A DNA stretch of 64,000 nucleotides from positions 17,883 to 81,882 of the forward strand of contig JABHGC010000237.1 in the NCBI GenBank assembly GCA_018672285.1, read 5' to 3'. Position numbers and translations under genes: made by a program. Shown one piece after another: positions 40,741-50,506 of the stretch. Numbering within the stretch: the stretch's first letter is position 1; every line of letters starts with the position of its first letter. The notes beneath the pieces are model-generated. The model was not told where the DNA came from, made no database searches, and saw only the letters and a list, made by a program, of their open reading frames with translations. Origin of the DNA: Methylococcales bacterium. GTDB taxonomy: Bacteria > Pseudomonadota > Gammaproteobacteria > JABHGC01.

Positions 40741-41388
40741 CTAGCTGTGGCCGTTGGTGATGTACCAATGTTGGGCAAAATAATACGCCACGCTGAGCAC
40801 TACGCCAACAACAATGGCATTGGTGTATTGACGATCTTTTATCCAGTAGTCCATGCTCACATACTTACCTGCGCCATAGAAGAATAAGGCGAACAGCATC
40901 ACCAGATAGGTTACGCCCAGTTCAATACCATTTTGAAGCATGTAAGGGCCTGACGTGTCGATACTGTAGAGTTGGTTGTACCAAATGGGGGCGTTACTTT
41001 CTAACCAGGTCATGAACCGGCCAAGGAGTTGTGCCGACTCTGTCGTGTCGGGTGCAATGGCATGCCAATGACCCCAGTGTACGGTGAATATAGCGACAAA
41101 CATTGTCACGATCAGTGGGATTGCAATCCATCTAACCGCGAAGCCTACTAATAATAATATGGCACCAATGACTTCGGTTGCGGTTGCTAAATAGGCCATT
41201 AACTCCGGGAACGGCAAGCCTAAACCATTTTTAAACTAGGTGACGATATGAGGGAAGTTATCTACTTTTTTTAAACCGGCCATTAAGAAAACAGGTACCA
41301 AGTATATTCTAATCGCCAATGGGGCGATAAAATCAAGCGATTTGGTTTTGTCTAGTAGTCGTTGTGCGCCTTCAAGAAGTCTCATCAT
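40741..41388 (-). pseudogene. DoxX-family membrane protein (HvfX-like) interrupted by an in-frame TAG at 41236-41238
   Basis: ATG at 41388 gives MMRLLEGAQRLLDKTKSLDFIAPLAIRIYLVPVFLMAGLKKVDNFPHIVT*FKNGLGLPFPELMAYLATATE...; same frame as the 158-aa ORF. The stop falls where a Trp (TGG) would fit the WF...GLGLPFP pattern. Confidence 0.8.
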
Positions 41389-41492
41389 AAGTCAGTTCCA
41401 CCCTTTCTTAGTTGACTGGTAGGTTTAAATTTGAGTTTTAATCAGCAATATGGCTTTTTTAAGCCCGATATCACTGTCGTTTTACTATGACG

Positions 41493-42287
41493 TTATTTAC
41501 TGTGCTGAGTTCCCAAAACAATGCCTTCGTTTTGCAGTTGTTGCAGAATTTCTAAGCCACCAGCGATAACGGCATCGGGGTTTGGGTGCTGCATTTCTTC
41601 AGCAATTTGGGATAGGGCTGCATGTCCTGTTAACTCAGGGTTATCTTGGAGAATGGCTAAAAGCCGATCAGAAATGGGGTTTACTTCCATAAAGCCCACG
41701 GTTTGATCGTCATTTTGCCTGCGAAAAATGACAATGCAGGTCACTTGATCACCCGGGGTGTCCGGTAAAAAATCTTCACTAATATGATGAACCGGAAAAT
41801 GGTAAGCCAGTCTTTTTAGTAGCGGGTTAAGTGCAATTTGGCTCGCGAGTAAATCACCTTCAGTGTCAACAGAGTCTAGGGTAATTTCTTCTTCTGAGAG
41901 GTAAATCTCCATTTCGACCCATTCATAATGTGCAAGCTCTACGAGAAAAGGCGGGTCGTTTGGGTTGTCGCGGCCTTCTTGTAAGTAGCGCACAAACTCT
42001 TGACCAAAAACAGGGAATATAGGGGTGTGGCAACGGAAATTGCTGACAAAGTCCCGAACCATTGCATGCCACTCCTCAGCGGAGGTGATGTCATGGATGA
42101 CGGGGAAATTGTGAGCTAATAAATCCTCGATATTGTTATATACCACGCGCTGGTAAGCATTCATTCTGCGGGCTTCAATCCCCTCAGGGAGTGGCTTGTT
42201 TGCAGGGTCACGAATACAGTCGGTAAACTCAAACTGCTTTTGCATGAAAAGGGGGAGATCAGCTCGCGATGGCAGTGTGTTGTTCAT
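41493..42287 (-). CDS. DUF2063 family MNIO partner protein (HvfC/BufC-like)
   Basis: QFEFTDCIRDP...RRMNAYQRVVYNNIE...FPV...ELAHYEWVE...FPVHHIS; directly downstream of DUF692. Confidence 0.88.
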   Translation of the reverse strand: MNNTLPSRADLPLFMQKQFEFTDCIRDPANKPLPEGIEARRMNAYQRVVYNNIEDLLAHNFPVIHDITSAEEWHAMVRDFVSNFRCHTPIFPVFGQEFVRYLQEGRDNPNDPPFLVELAHYEWVEMEIYLSEEEITLDSVDTEGDLLASQIALNPLLKRLAYHFPVHHISEDFLPDTPGDQVTCIVIFRRQNDDQTVGFMEVNPISDRLLAILQDNPELTGHAALSQIAEEMQHPNPDAVIAGGLEILQQLQNEGIVLGTQHSK

Positions 42288-43110
42288 CCTTGCTCCATTT
42301 TTTTTGTAATTTGGCAATATGGTTGACTTCACCTAAAAGCTCGTCCATTTCAGGGATGTCGTTATCTCGCTCTACCATGGTCGGCACAACGCCATATAGC
42401 TCGTATGTTTTTTCAAGTAATGCCCAAACACTGGGGAGTACTGCCGCGCCATGGGTATCAATCAGCAGGTCTTCTGCTTCTTTATAGTGGCCTGCAACGT
42501 GAATGTAACTGACGCGGTCGCCTGGCATGGCATTGATGAACTCGATGGCATCGTAACTATGGTTTTTGCTGTTCACATACACGTTATTAACGTCCAGCAG
42601 CATTTTGCAATCGGCTTCGCTGACAACGGCGTTAATAAATTCAATTTCAGACATTTCGCTATAAGGTTGTGCGTAATAGGAGGCATTTTCTATGGAAATG
42701 GTCATCTCCATCATATCTTGAACTTGGCGAATTCGGCTGGCAACGTGCTTGACAGATTCTTCAGTAAAAGGGATTGGCAGTAGGTCGTATAAATGACCGT
42801 CATCACTGCAAAAAGACAAATGCTCTGAGTAATGTAAAATATTGTGCTCATGAAAAAGTTTTTTGATCTCTTTAACAAGCAGGCTATCTATTGGTGTTGG
42901 TCCACCAAGTGATAGTGATAAGCCGTGAGCTATAAAAGGGTAACGCTCCGTAAAGTATCTAAAGTCTTTTCCTCGCTTGCCGCCAACGCCGATCCAGTTT
43001 TCAGGGGCGATTTCAAAAAAATCAATTTGGCTAGGAGGGGTTTCTTTAAAAGGGTCAATGAACTCTCGTTTAAAGCCGAGTCCTGCGCCACTTACGGGAA
43101 GTGAAGTCAT
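42259..43110 (-). CDS. DUF692 multinuclear non-heme iron oxidative enzyme (MNIO; HvfB/BufB-like)
   Basis: EIAPENW, HGLSLSLGG, YSEHLS, LYDLLP, IENASYY, LLDVNNVYVN, HVAGH, IDTHG, ERD. Confidence 0.95.
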   Translation of the reverse strand: MTSLPVSGAGLGFKREFIDPFKETPPSQIDFFEIAPENWIGVGGKRGKDFRYFTERYPFIAHGLSLSLGGPTPIDSLLVKEIKKLFHEHNILHYSEHLSFCSDDGHLYDLLPIPFTEESVKHVASRIRQVQDMMEMTISIENASYYAQPYSEMSEIEFINAVVSEADCKMLLDVNNVYVNSKNHSYDAIEFINAMPGDRVSYIHVAGHYKEAEDLLIDTHGAAVLPSVWALLEKTYELYGVVPTMVERDNDIPEMDELLGEVNHIAKLQKKWSKDEQHTAIAS

Positions 43111-43135
43111 GTCGCTATGCCTTTTTGTTAGGTAT

Positions 43136-43170
43136 AAAAAAAGCGCGATGCGAGTAATCGCACCACGCTT
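43136..43170 (-). terminator. Terminator-like hairpin between the precursor and DUF692
   Basis: Minus strand: AAGCGTGGTGCGA-ttac-TCGCATCGCGCTT (13 bp with 2 G-U) running into a U tract. Confidence 0.75.
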
Positions 43171-43189
43171 ATCGGTAGTCTAGCGCTAA

Positions 43190-43621
43190 TTATTTTTTAG
43201 AGCCACAAGAACCTGCACCGCAAGAACCTGTTTTACCTTTGTCGCCACAAGAGCCCGCTTTGCCTTTGTCGCCACAAGAACCGGCTTTAGCTTTGTCGCC
43301 ACAAGATGCCGCTTTTCCTTTGTCTCCACAAGAGCCCGCTTTCGCTTTGTCACCACAAGATGCAGCTTTGCCTTTATCGCCACAAGAGCCCGCTTTTGCT
43401 TTATCACCACAAGATGCTGCTTTTGCTTTGTCGCCACAAGATGCAGCTTTACCTTTGTCGCCGCAAGAACCTGCGCCGCAACTACCGTTACCAGCTACTT
43501 TGTAGCCATCTGCTAAAGGTGATACTGCAAATGGGTTGCTATCGGCAGAAACTGAAGTCATTGCTACTGATGATACGAATGCTGCGCCGATTGCTACTGA
43601 TAAAGTTTTTTTGTTAGACAT
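43190..43621 (-). CDS. Secreted RiPP precursor (HvfA/oxazolin-like) with 12 SCG motifs
   Basis: Signal peptide, NPF...GY leader, nine DK[GA]K[AT][AG]SCG repeats flanked by [A]GSCG units; first gene of the DUF692 cluster. Confidence 0.9.
   Translation of the reverse strand: MSNKKTLSVAIGAAFVSSVAMTSVSADSNPFAVSPLADGYKVAGNGSCGAGSCGDKGKAASCGDKAKAASCGDKAKAGSCGDKGKAASCGDKAKAGSCGDKGKAASCGDKAKAGSCGDKGKAGSCGDKGKTGSCGAGSCGSKK
43217..43459 (-). repeat. 27-bp coding tandem repeat (9 copies)
   Basis: Nine consecutive 9-codon units encoding DKxKxxSCG, with synonymous variation. Confidence 0.9.
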
Positions 43622-43693
43622 AAATATGTTTGCTCCACATTATAAAAGGTTACTCATTTCTGAGTGGTTAATTAAATCGTCATGATTTGCAGT

Positions 43694-43721
43694 TATGACC
43701 AAGGCTTTTGTTGTAAAGTTC
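43694..43721 (-). promoter_or_regulatory. ECF (RpoE/AlgU-like) promoter upstream of the RiPP precursor
   Basis: Minus strand GAACTT-N16-GTCATA, 72 bp before the ATG. Confidence 0.55.
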
Positions 43722-43976
43722 ACTAAGCCTTAAAAATATTCCGTAGAAAATATAAAATAACTCGGTAGGTAATTGTTTTACCTGTATTATATTCTAAAGT
43801 CGAATCTTTCTCGTTCGCAGTAAGTATAGTGAACATTTGGTTTAAGTGAAGAGGCTTATGTTCTATTGCTAAATGCGAGCTTCTGCTTCACCGGTTTATT
43901 CATCTGGGCGGCTTTAGGTTGTTAAACATTTTAGGATATTACTGTCATATAAGTTTAATGCCCTACAATTTGTCAT

Positions 43977-44003
43977 TAAAGTTTTAGCTCCCGATGCCGC
44001 CAG
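43977..44003 (+). promoter_or_regulatory. Possible sigma28 promoter of the first FHA-like gene
   Basis: TAAAGTTT -35 element, 15 nt from TAAA to GCCGCCAG (5/8 match to GCCGATAA). Confidence 0.35.
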
Positions 44004-44040
44004 TAGGTACATAAAACAAAAAACGATTAAATCTCTCTGG

Positions 44041-47000
44041 GTGCAAACTGTGCGATCAAAAAAACTGAAACAGACGATAAAGTCCGTGCTTGGGGCGCGT
44101 TGGGTTATTCCTGTAACGCTCGTAACATTGCCTCAAGCTTCAAATGCTGAGCTAACGGGCGAGAGTATTATCTCTGGTAGTGCGATCTTCTCAAGGCCCG
44201 ATGCTAACACTACGATTATTACTCAATCCTCCGACAAGCTGATCATTAATTTCGACAGCTTTTCGATTGGCAGTAATGAAACGGTTCGTTTTATTCAACC
44301 CAGTGCTTCGTCCATTGCGCTTAACCGAGTGCTAGGTGGTAGTGCCAGTAACATTTTGGGTCAACTCTCAGCCAATGGCAGCATTTTTCTGGTGAACGCC
44401 GGTGGTATCTTCATTGCACCCACAGCGGCAATAGATGTCTCCAGTGTTATCGCCACAACTCTCGATATTGCCAACCAAGATTTTCTCAATAACACCTTTC
44501 AATTCTCCAAAGTCGCAGGATCCAGTTTCGGTAAAGTTATCAGCGAAGGTGAGATCAGTGTTGCCGATGGTGGTTATGTTGTACTCGCCGGGGACTATGT
44601 AGAGAACAGCGGTATTATCCAGGCCAAGCTAGGGGACGTAGCGCTAGCCTCAGGCAACCGAATTTCACTCGATTTAAGTGGTGATGGACTGATTCAATTT
44701 GCCGTTGACCAAGCGGCGGTAGATGCGTTAGCAGGCGTGAATAACGTCGGTCAAATCACAGCCAATGGCGGTAACGTCGTAATGACCGCCAAGGTGGCCA
44801 ATGACCTAGCTTCCACCGTGGTACAAAACAGCGGCATCATTAGTGCAGAAAGCATTGCTGAAGTGAATGGAGAAATTTTCCTCTCAGGCTCAGGCGGGGA
44901 CGTGATTAATGAAGGTCAATTGGTTGCCAGCAGTACAGAAACCCATGGTGGAACGGTCATTGTTCAATCGGACAGCACGACCTTAGTCGAAGGCAGTGGT
45001 TCAATTGATGTCAGCTCAGTGAATGGTACCGGTGGGCAAGTACAAGTTTTAGGCGAACGAGTTGGTTTATTCGACCAAGCCAATATATCAGCCTCAGGCG
45101 CATTAGGTGGTGGTGAAGTGTTGATCGGTGGCGACCAAGCCGGTCTTAATCCAGATATTCAGAATGCCAAGCGCACAGCGATTACCTCAGAGATCACAAT
45201 CACAGCGGATGCTATACAAAGCGGTAATGGCGGCAAAGTGATTGTGTGGGCGGATGAGAATACCCATTTTGAAGGTAATATCAGCGTTAAAGGTGGGCAA
45301 CAATCTGGTGATGGTGGCTTTGTAGAGGTCTCGGGTAAACAGAATTTATTCTTTGATGGCACTGTCAATACTTTTGCAACGAATGGTCAACAAGGGACGT
45401 TATTGTTGGATCCATTAGATATAACCATTGTAGATGGTGCGGGTGGTGCAAATGATGCAGAGCTTGCTGATGACAGTATTTTGTTTGCTGATGGTGGTGC
45501 CGTTACCTTTACCATTGCCGAGCAAACACTGGAAGCGGTTACGGGTAATGTCATTTTACAAGCTGATAATTCCATCACGGTGAATGACTTAACGGATAAT
45601 ACGTTAGATTTTATTGGTCTCACAAGTGGTAATACCATCGTTTTTCAAGCCGGTGGTAATATCTTTTTTGCTGGAGCCGATGATACGCTGGATACGAACA
45701 ATGCTGATCTTCACATTGAAGGTAGCTCGGTTCATGGTACAACAGGTACAGCAAATACATCACCTAGATCCGTTTTTTCGGGTACAGGTGATATGACCTT
45801 TTTAGGCTTTCAAATTTTTTCAGATGGTGGCACCTTTACAGGGAACAATATTAATTTTGGTGCGGGTACCACAGCCGGTGCGGCTGGAAACTTTGTAGGC
45901 GGTGTTGCTGCGTTAAGTGAGAATATCATTATTTCTGGCGCGACCACCATTAATGCCAGTGGTACCGTTAATTTTGACGTGAATAACAGTTTTCAGTTAT
46001 CTGCACCTCTGACGGTAATCGCTGTTGGTGATATCAATGTCAATGGCCTGATTGTTGATAGTGTAGGGGGCGGCGCAAGTTCACCTTTACTGATGGCATC
46101 AACGACAGGCAGTATTACGATTAGTGCTGACATGCAGTCATCTAATGGAAATGCATTTGCCTTAGATGCCGCCAATAATCTTACAGTACAATTTATTAAG
46201 TCAGGTGGTACTCCAGCGGCCTTTACATCTAATTTAGACGCGGGTGGTTTGCTGAATGTTAATGCGTTTAATGCCGTGGGTGGTAGCTTGGATGCGCTCA
46301 GTGGCGGATTATTAACCATTAATAGCGCTCTGGTGACGAATGGCGGTAATGTTAGTTTGAATTCTGGTGGTGGCATATTACTCAATACAGGTTTCGATAC
46401 GGGGGGTGGTTTTTTTACTGCAAACTCAACGAATAATAATATTACTTTTACAGCTGCAAACAGTGATACGGGGGGGGGCGGAACATTCAGCGCAACCGCG
46501 ACGGGTACTGGCTCGATTAGTATTCCTGCTGGTGCCAACATCAGCACCAATAACGGCAGTTTTTCAGCAGTCGCAAATATTGGTGATGTATCGATTAGTG
46601 GTTTGACCAATGCAGGCACCGGTAATATTACCGTTGCGACCACGACCGGGGATCTATTTTTACTGGGCGGATTAAGCACTTCTGGTGGTTTTATTGATAT
46701 CGATATTGTTAATAGTGGTGATATTACCGTGGGTAACACCAATACCACGGGTGGCGGTGTGTTTGACTCGCGGATTGCGAATACTGGCAATATTTTATTT
46801 CAGTCTGGTACAGGTATCGCCACCAGTGGCGGCAATATACTCGCGCTCCAGCTTGGCTCTGGTAATGTGACTAACGATGGTACACTAAATGCATTAGCGG
46901 GTGGCGTACAGCTTGCAACAACGGCAGGAACCGTGACTTCAAGCAGTACAGTTAATGCGGGGGATTTTACCGCAACAGCACAAACCTTAGTCGACTTGCA

Positions 47001-50000
47001 AGCGGGCTTCACATCTAACGGCACAACAACGATCATAACTGCATCTACTGGTAATGTGATTCTTGCGGGTGGTGTCACCTTCACCAATGCCGGGGGTAAT
47101 AACGTCACCATTAATGCTGTGACCGATATTGATATTAATGCCAGCTTTACCACCACAGGTAGCGGCCCTATTGATTTTACTGCAACAAACACGGGTGGAA
47201 CGGCTTCGGTCGAGACACTAACCCTTAGTACCGGCACATTGCTTAATACTAATGGAGGTTCGGTCAATTTATCTGAAACAGGCAGTGGCGATTTAAGAGT
47301 AACGGGTGTTGGTGTGAGTACAGTCGCAGGTGCGTTTACAGCATCAACAGTTGCAGGGCTGATAACCAATGACACCACGATTGAGACAAGTAATGGAGGC
47401 GGTGGTGGCCTACTAACATTGTCCTCGACGGGGGTTGGAGCAATCACCTCTACTGGTTTTTTACAGGGCGGTGGCATTGTGGTCTCAAATGCTGGGAATG
47501 TATTGATTTCGAATAATATCAGTCAGGCGAATGATATTAGTGTCAGTGGCAGTAATGTTGTTTTAAGTGGCTTTACGACCGATGGAAATGCCACCATTAG
47601 TGCAACAGATCAAGTTACTTTAAGCAATGCTTACCAGTTTAATAATGGTGCAGTGAAAACATTCGCCACAAACGCAACTAACACCGTGAGTTTTGCTGCA
47701 GGGGCTAATATTTTAGCAAGCGGTTCACCGTTAAATTTTTCAGTTAATAGTACAAATGGCGATGTGCAGCTAAATGGTACTAGCATTAACTTAGCAACAG
47801 GAACATTAAGTATCACCTCGGGTGCATTAGTTGATATTAACTCTGCCCTAAGTAATTTGGGTGGTTTGTCTGCTGTTGCCGCTTCAGATATTAGCTTGAA
47901 CAGTAATGTGACGACCAGTGCTGGTAATATCGATTTGACGGTGACAGGTGCTGCCAATATCAATGTGGGTACTTCGAGTATAGATACGGCAGGGGGTACA
48001 CTAACCCTATCATCTGCAGGGGGCTTGAATGTTAATTCCAGCCTATCGGTAACGAATGCAGGGTTAACGACGTTGCAACTGACAGGTAATACCGATGCCG
48101 ACAGCCTCGTGAATCTAGGTACAATTAATACCAATGCTGGTGATTTGCTGCTGAAAACAAATACGGGTAATCAATCAGTCACATTGGGTGCACTGAGTGG
48201 TAATAATCTGACTTTATTTTCAAATGTAATGACTTTTTCAGGTGGTGCAAACTCAATTAGTGGCACAGGGATATTAGATATTAAGCCACGTTTTACAGCA
48301 GCAAATGCAACCATTGATATCGGCACTGTTGCTGGCGGAACAGGCAAACTGGTGGTGGATACCGCGGCACTCGCTGATGGATTTAGTAGCATTACTATCG
48401 GTCTCTCGGACGGTGATACAGCTGTAAAGCTTGGTGATGCAACCTTTAATGACCCAACTTTGATACGTGCGCCACTGGGTGCTGGTAGTATTACGGTTAA
48501 CGGTACCATTACGCTGAATAATAATGGCAATGTTGATTTTCAAACGGTAGGCCCAACATTAATTTTGGGTGGCTCGCTCACCTCTGCTGGCACCGATATT
48601 ACCATAACGGATGATTTGCAGATCAATGCGCCATTTACCTTTAGTTCAGGGGTTGGTGCTGGGAATATCAGCTTAAGTACCATCGATACCGCAGGCACAC
48701 CTATAGCATTAACCTTTGAGGCCGGTACAGGGAATGTCGTTGTGGGTAATGTGGGTGCGAGTATTCAACCTGACTCCTTTACCGTGACCAGTGCGAATAC
48801 GGTGACAGCGCAACAAATTAATACATCGGGTGATGTTAATATCAATGCTTCAACGATTAATTTGCAAGGCGTAGTGATTGCGGCGGGCAACTTTACTGCT
48901 TCTGGCAATATCAATTTATCCTCCAGCGTCACTGCTGACCTAGGGATTACGCAATCAGCAGGATCATTAGCCGTGTCAGGTTCACTAACACTCACCTCAA
49001 ATGGTGCTGGTACGTCGGGTATATCTTTAAATGATATTGATGGCGCCGGGAGTTTGAATTTATTGTCACTCGGGCCTGCACAAGTCGGTATCGTTGGCGG
49101 AACAACACAATTGACGTCGTTTTTTACCGATGTTGCCGGCAGTATTACGACAGGTAGTATTTCAACTCAAGGAAGTGCCACATTAATAAGTGATGTGGAC
49201 ATTAATATCGCATCATCTATCACCTCTCAGGGTGGTAACGTCATCATTGAAAGCCTGGGGGGAGTGAACCAAAGTGCAGGAACGGTGCAGTCAGTCAATG
49301 GTGGCGTGAGGGTTGCAGGTTCTAATGTTTTGTTATCGGGTAACGTGATAGGTGGTAGCAATACCTTTAGTAACGCTTCAGGAATAGGTGCTATTTTAAT
49401 TGAAAGCACATCTGCACTGACGGTGAATAATCTGACAGCCAATGCGGCTGATAACTTGAATATTGTCCTGGATGCAACAGACATCACGATTAATGGTTTT
49501 GTGGCCAGTAATGGTGACACGATTTTGGTGGCGACGAATGATGTGAATGTGAACCAGTCGGTCAGAATTTCCGCAAATTCAAATAGCTCAGTTGAGGGCA
49601 GTGTGCTGATCCAGGCAGACAGCGATGCCAATGGCGTGGGCAGCCTTAACGCAATATCAGGCTCTGAAATTAAAGGGTTTGACATAACTATCTCGGCAGC
49701 TGAAGTGAATACGACAGGGTCAACAGTACTTGCGTTGTCAGGTTCCCCCACGATTACGTTGACTGCCGCTCCACAAGACCCAGCTGCGGACGCCGCTGCT
49801 GCTGCAGCGGAAGATGCTGCGACAGATGCCGTTGCGACCACAACAACGGATACAACCACAACAACAACGACAACAACCAGTACGGGTGGTGGCTTTGATA
49901 ATACCGCTAGTGCGCCAGCGCCTGATACAGCGGCAGAGACTGGGACGACTACAACAACGGATACCGCAACCGGAGATACAAGTACAGCGACGACATCTGA

Positions 50001-50352
50001 TGGCGGGGCAGACACGGGAACAACAGACGGCGCGACAGCGGATAGTGGCACAGCTGCACCAGCAGACGACACGGCGACAACAGAACCTGCAGCAGATTCA
50101 GGCACAGAAGCACCCGCAGAAGAAACCGCAGCAACAGCAGATGAGCCAGCAAAAGCAGACGCCGATGCCACTCCTGAAGAAGCGGTTGCAGAAGAAGGGG
50201 GAGCCGAGGAAGAAGCAGTAGCAGAAGAAGGTACCGAAGAGACGAAAGAAGACGTTGTAGCGGCCACGGAAGAAGAAGCGCCTCTAGAAGAGCAGCCGCT
50301 GATTGCGGTTGCTGATGCGGGAGATGGTAGTGGTCAGGCCTGCACGCCTTAG
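44041..50352 (+). CDS. Filamentous haemagglutinin-like exoprotein (TpsA-type, 2103 aa)
   Basis: Signal peptide, haemagglutination/TPS domain (IINFDSFSIG...LNRVLGGSASNILGQLSANG), GGFVEVSGK and GTLLLDP, G/N/T/S-rich beta-helix repeats, acidic Thr/Ala-rich tail. Confidence 0.9.
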   Translation: MQTVRSKKLKQTIKSVLGARWVIPVTLVTLPQASNAELTGESIISGSAIFSRPDANTTIITQSSDKLIINFDSFSIGSNETVRFIQPSASSIALNRVLGGSASNILGQLSANGSIFLVNAGGIFIAPTAAIDVSSVIATTLDIANQDFLNNTFQFSKVAGSSFGKVISEGEISVADGGYVVLAGDYVENSGIIQAKLGDVALASGNRISLDLSGDGLIQFAVDQAAVDALAGVNNVGQITANGGNVVMTAKVANDLASTVVQNSGIISAESIAEVNGEIFLSGSGGDVINEGQLVASSTETHGGTVIVQSDSTTLVEGSGSIDVSSVNGTGGQVQVLGERVGLFDQANISASGALGGGEVLIGGDQAGLNPDIQNAKRTAITSEITITADAIQSGNGGKVIVWADENTHFEGNISVKGGQQSGDGGFVEVSGKQNLFFDGTVNTFATNGQQGTLLLDPLDITIVDGAGGANDAELADDSILFADGGAVTFTIAEQTLEAVTGNVILQADNSITVNDLTDNTLDFIGLTSGNTIVFQAGGNIFFAGADDTLDTNNADLHIEGSSVHGTTGTANTSPRSVFSGTGDMTFLGFQIFSDGGTFTGNNINFGAGTTAGAAGNFVGGVAALSENIIISGATTINASGTVNFDVNNSFQLSAPLTVIAVGDINVNGLIVDSVGGGASSPLLMASTTGSITISADMQSSNGNAFALDAANNLTVQFIKSGGTPAAFTSNLDAGGLLNVNAFNAVGGSLDALSGGLLTINSALVTNGGNVSLNSGGGILLNTGFDTGGGFFTANSTNNNITFTAANSDTGGGGTFSATATGTGSISIPAGANISTNNGSFSAVANIGDVSISGLTNAGTGNITVATTTGDLFLLGGLSTSGGFIDIDIVNSGDITVGNTNTTGGGVFDSRIANTGNILFQSGTGIATSGGNILALQLGSGNVTNDGTLNALAGGVQLATTAGTVTSSSTVNAGDFTATAQTLVDLQAGFTSNGTTTIITASTGNVILAGGVTFTNAGGNNVTINAVTDIDINASFTTTGSGPIDFTATNTGGTASVETLTLSTGTLLNTNGGSVNLSETGSGDLRVTGVGVSTVAGAFTASTVAGLITNDTTIETSNGGGGGLLTLSSTGVGAITSTGFLQGGGIVVSNAGNVLISNNISQANDISVSGSNVVLSGFTTDGNATISATDQVTLSNAYQFNNGAVKTFATNATNTVSFAAGANILASGSPLNFSVNSTNGDVQLNGTSINLATGTLSITSGALVDINSALSNLGGLSAVAASDISLNSNVTTSAGNIDLTVTGAANINVGTSSIDTAGGTLTLSSAGGLNVNSSLSVTNAGLTTLQLTGNTDADSLVNLGTINTNAGDLLLKTNTGNQSVTLGALSGNNLTLFSNVMTFSGGANSISGTGILDIKPRFTAANATIDIGTVAGGTGKLVVDTAALADGFSSITIGLSDGDTAVKLGDATFNDPTLIRAPLGAGSITVNGTITLNNNGNVDFQTVGPTLILGGSLTSAGTDITITDDLQINAPFTFSSGVGAGNISLSTIDTAGTPIALTFEAGTGNVVVGNVGASIQPDSFTVTSANTVTAQQINTSGDVNINASTINLQGVVIAAGNFTASGNINLSSSVTADLGITQSAGSLAVSGSLTLTSNGAGTSGISLNDIDGAGSLNLLSLGPAQVGIVGGTTQLTSFFTDVAGSITTGSISTQGSATLISDVDINIASSITSQGGNVIIESLGGVNQSAGTVQSVNGGVRVAGSNVLLSGNVIGGSNTFSNASGIGAILIESTSALTVNNLTANAADNLNIVLDATDITINGFVASNGDTILVATNDVNVNQSVRISANSNSSVEGSVLIQADSDANGVGSLNAISGSEIKGFDITISAAEVNTTGSTVLALSGSPTITLTAAPQDPAADAAAAAAEDAATDAVATTTTDTTTTTTTTTSTGGGFDNTASAPAPDTAAETGTTTTTDTATGDTSTATTSDGGADTGTTDGATADSGTAAPADDTATTEPAADSGTEAPAEETAATADEPAKADADATPEEAVAEEGGAEEEAVAEEGTEETKEDVVAATEEEAPLEEQPLIAVADAGDGSGQACTP

Positions 50353-50483
50353 TCACTAAGCCTTGGCGCCTATAGATGAGGGTAATCGCTGATGGTTTTT
50401 CAGCTTAAAATATCACAGTATGGAATGTGTGAACTATAATTATTGTTCTCTTTCTCTGTGTCATATGATCAATGCAGAGATTT

Positions 50484-50502
50484 AATAATGATAAGAATGA
50501 TG
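50484..50502. promoter_or_regulatory. Possible Fur box before the second FHA-like gene
   Basis: AATAATGATAAGAATGATG matches 14/19 of GATAATGATAATCATTATC and ends 4 bp before the GTG start. Confidence 0.4.
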
Positions 50503-50506
50503 GTGG

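Noticed and set aside
41236-41238. Pyrrolysine or stop-codon recoding in DoxX
   Set aside because: No pyl genes in the window, TAG terminates other genes normally, and a TGG>TAG point change is simpler.
43217-43459. 27-bp periodic repeat that could be taken for a CRISPR array
   Set aside because: The units are contiguous with no unique spacers, vary mainly at synonymous positions, encode the precursor repeats, and no cas genes are present.
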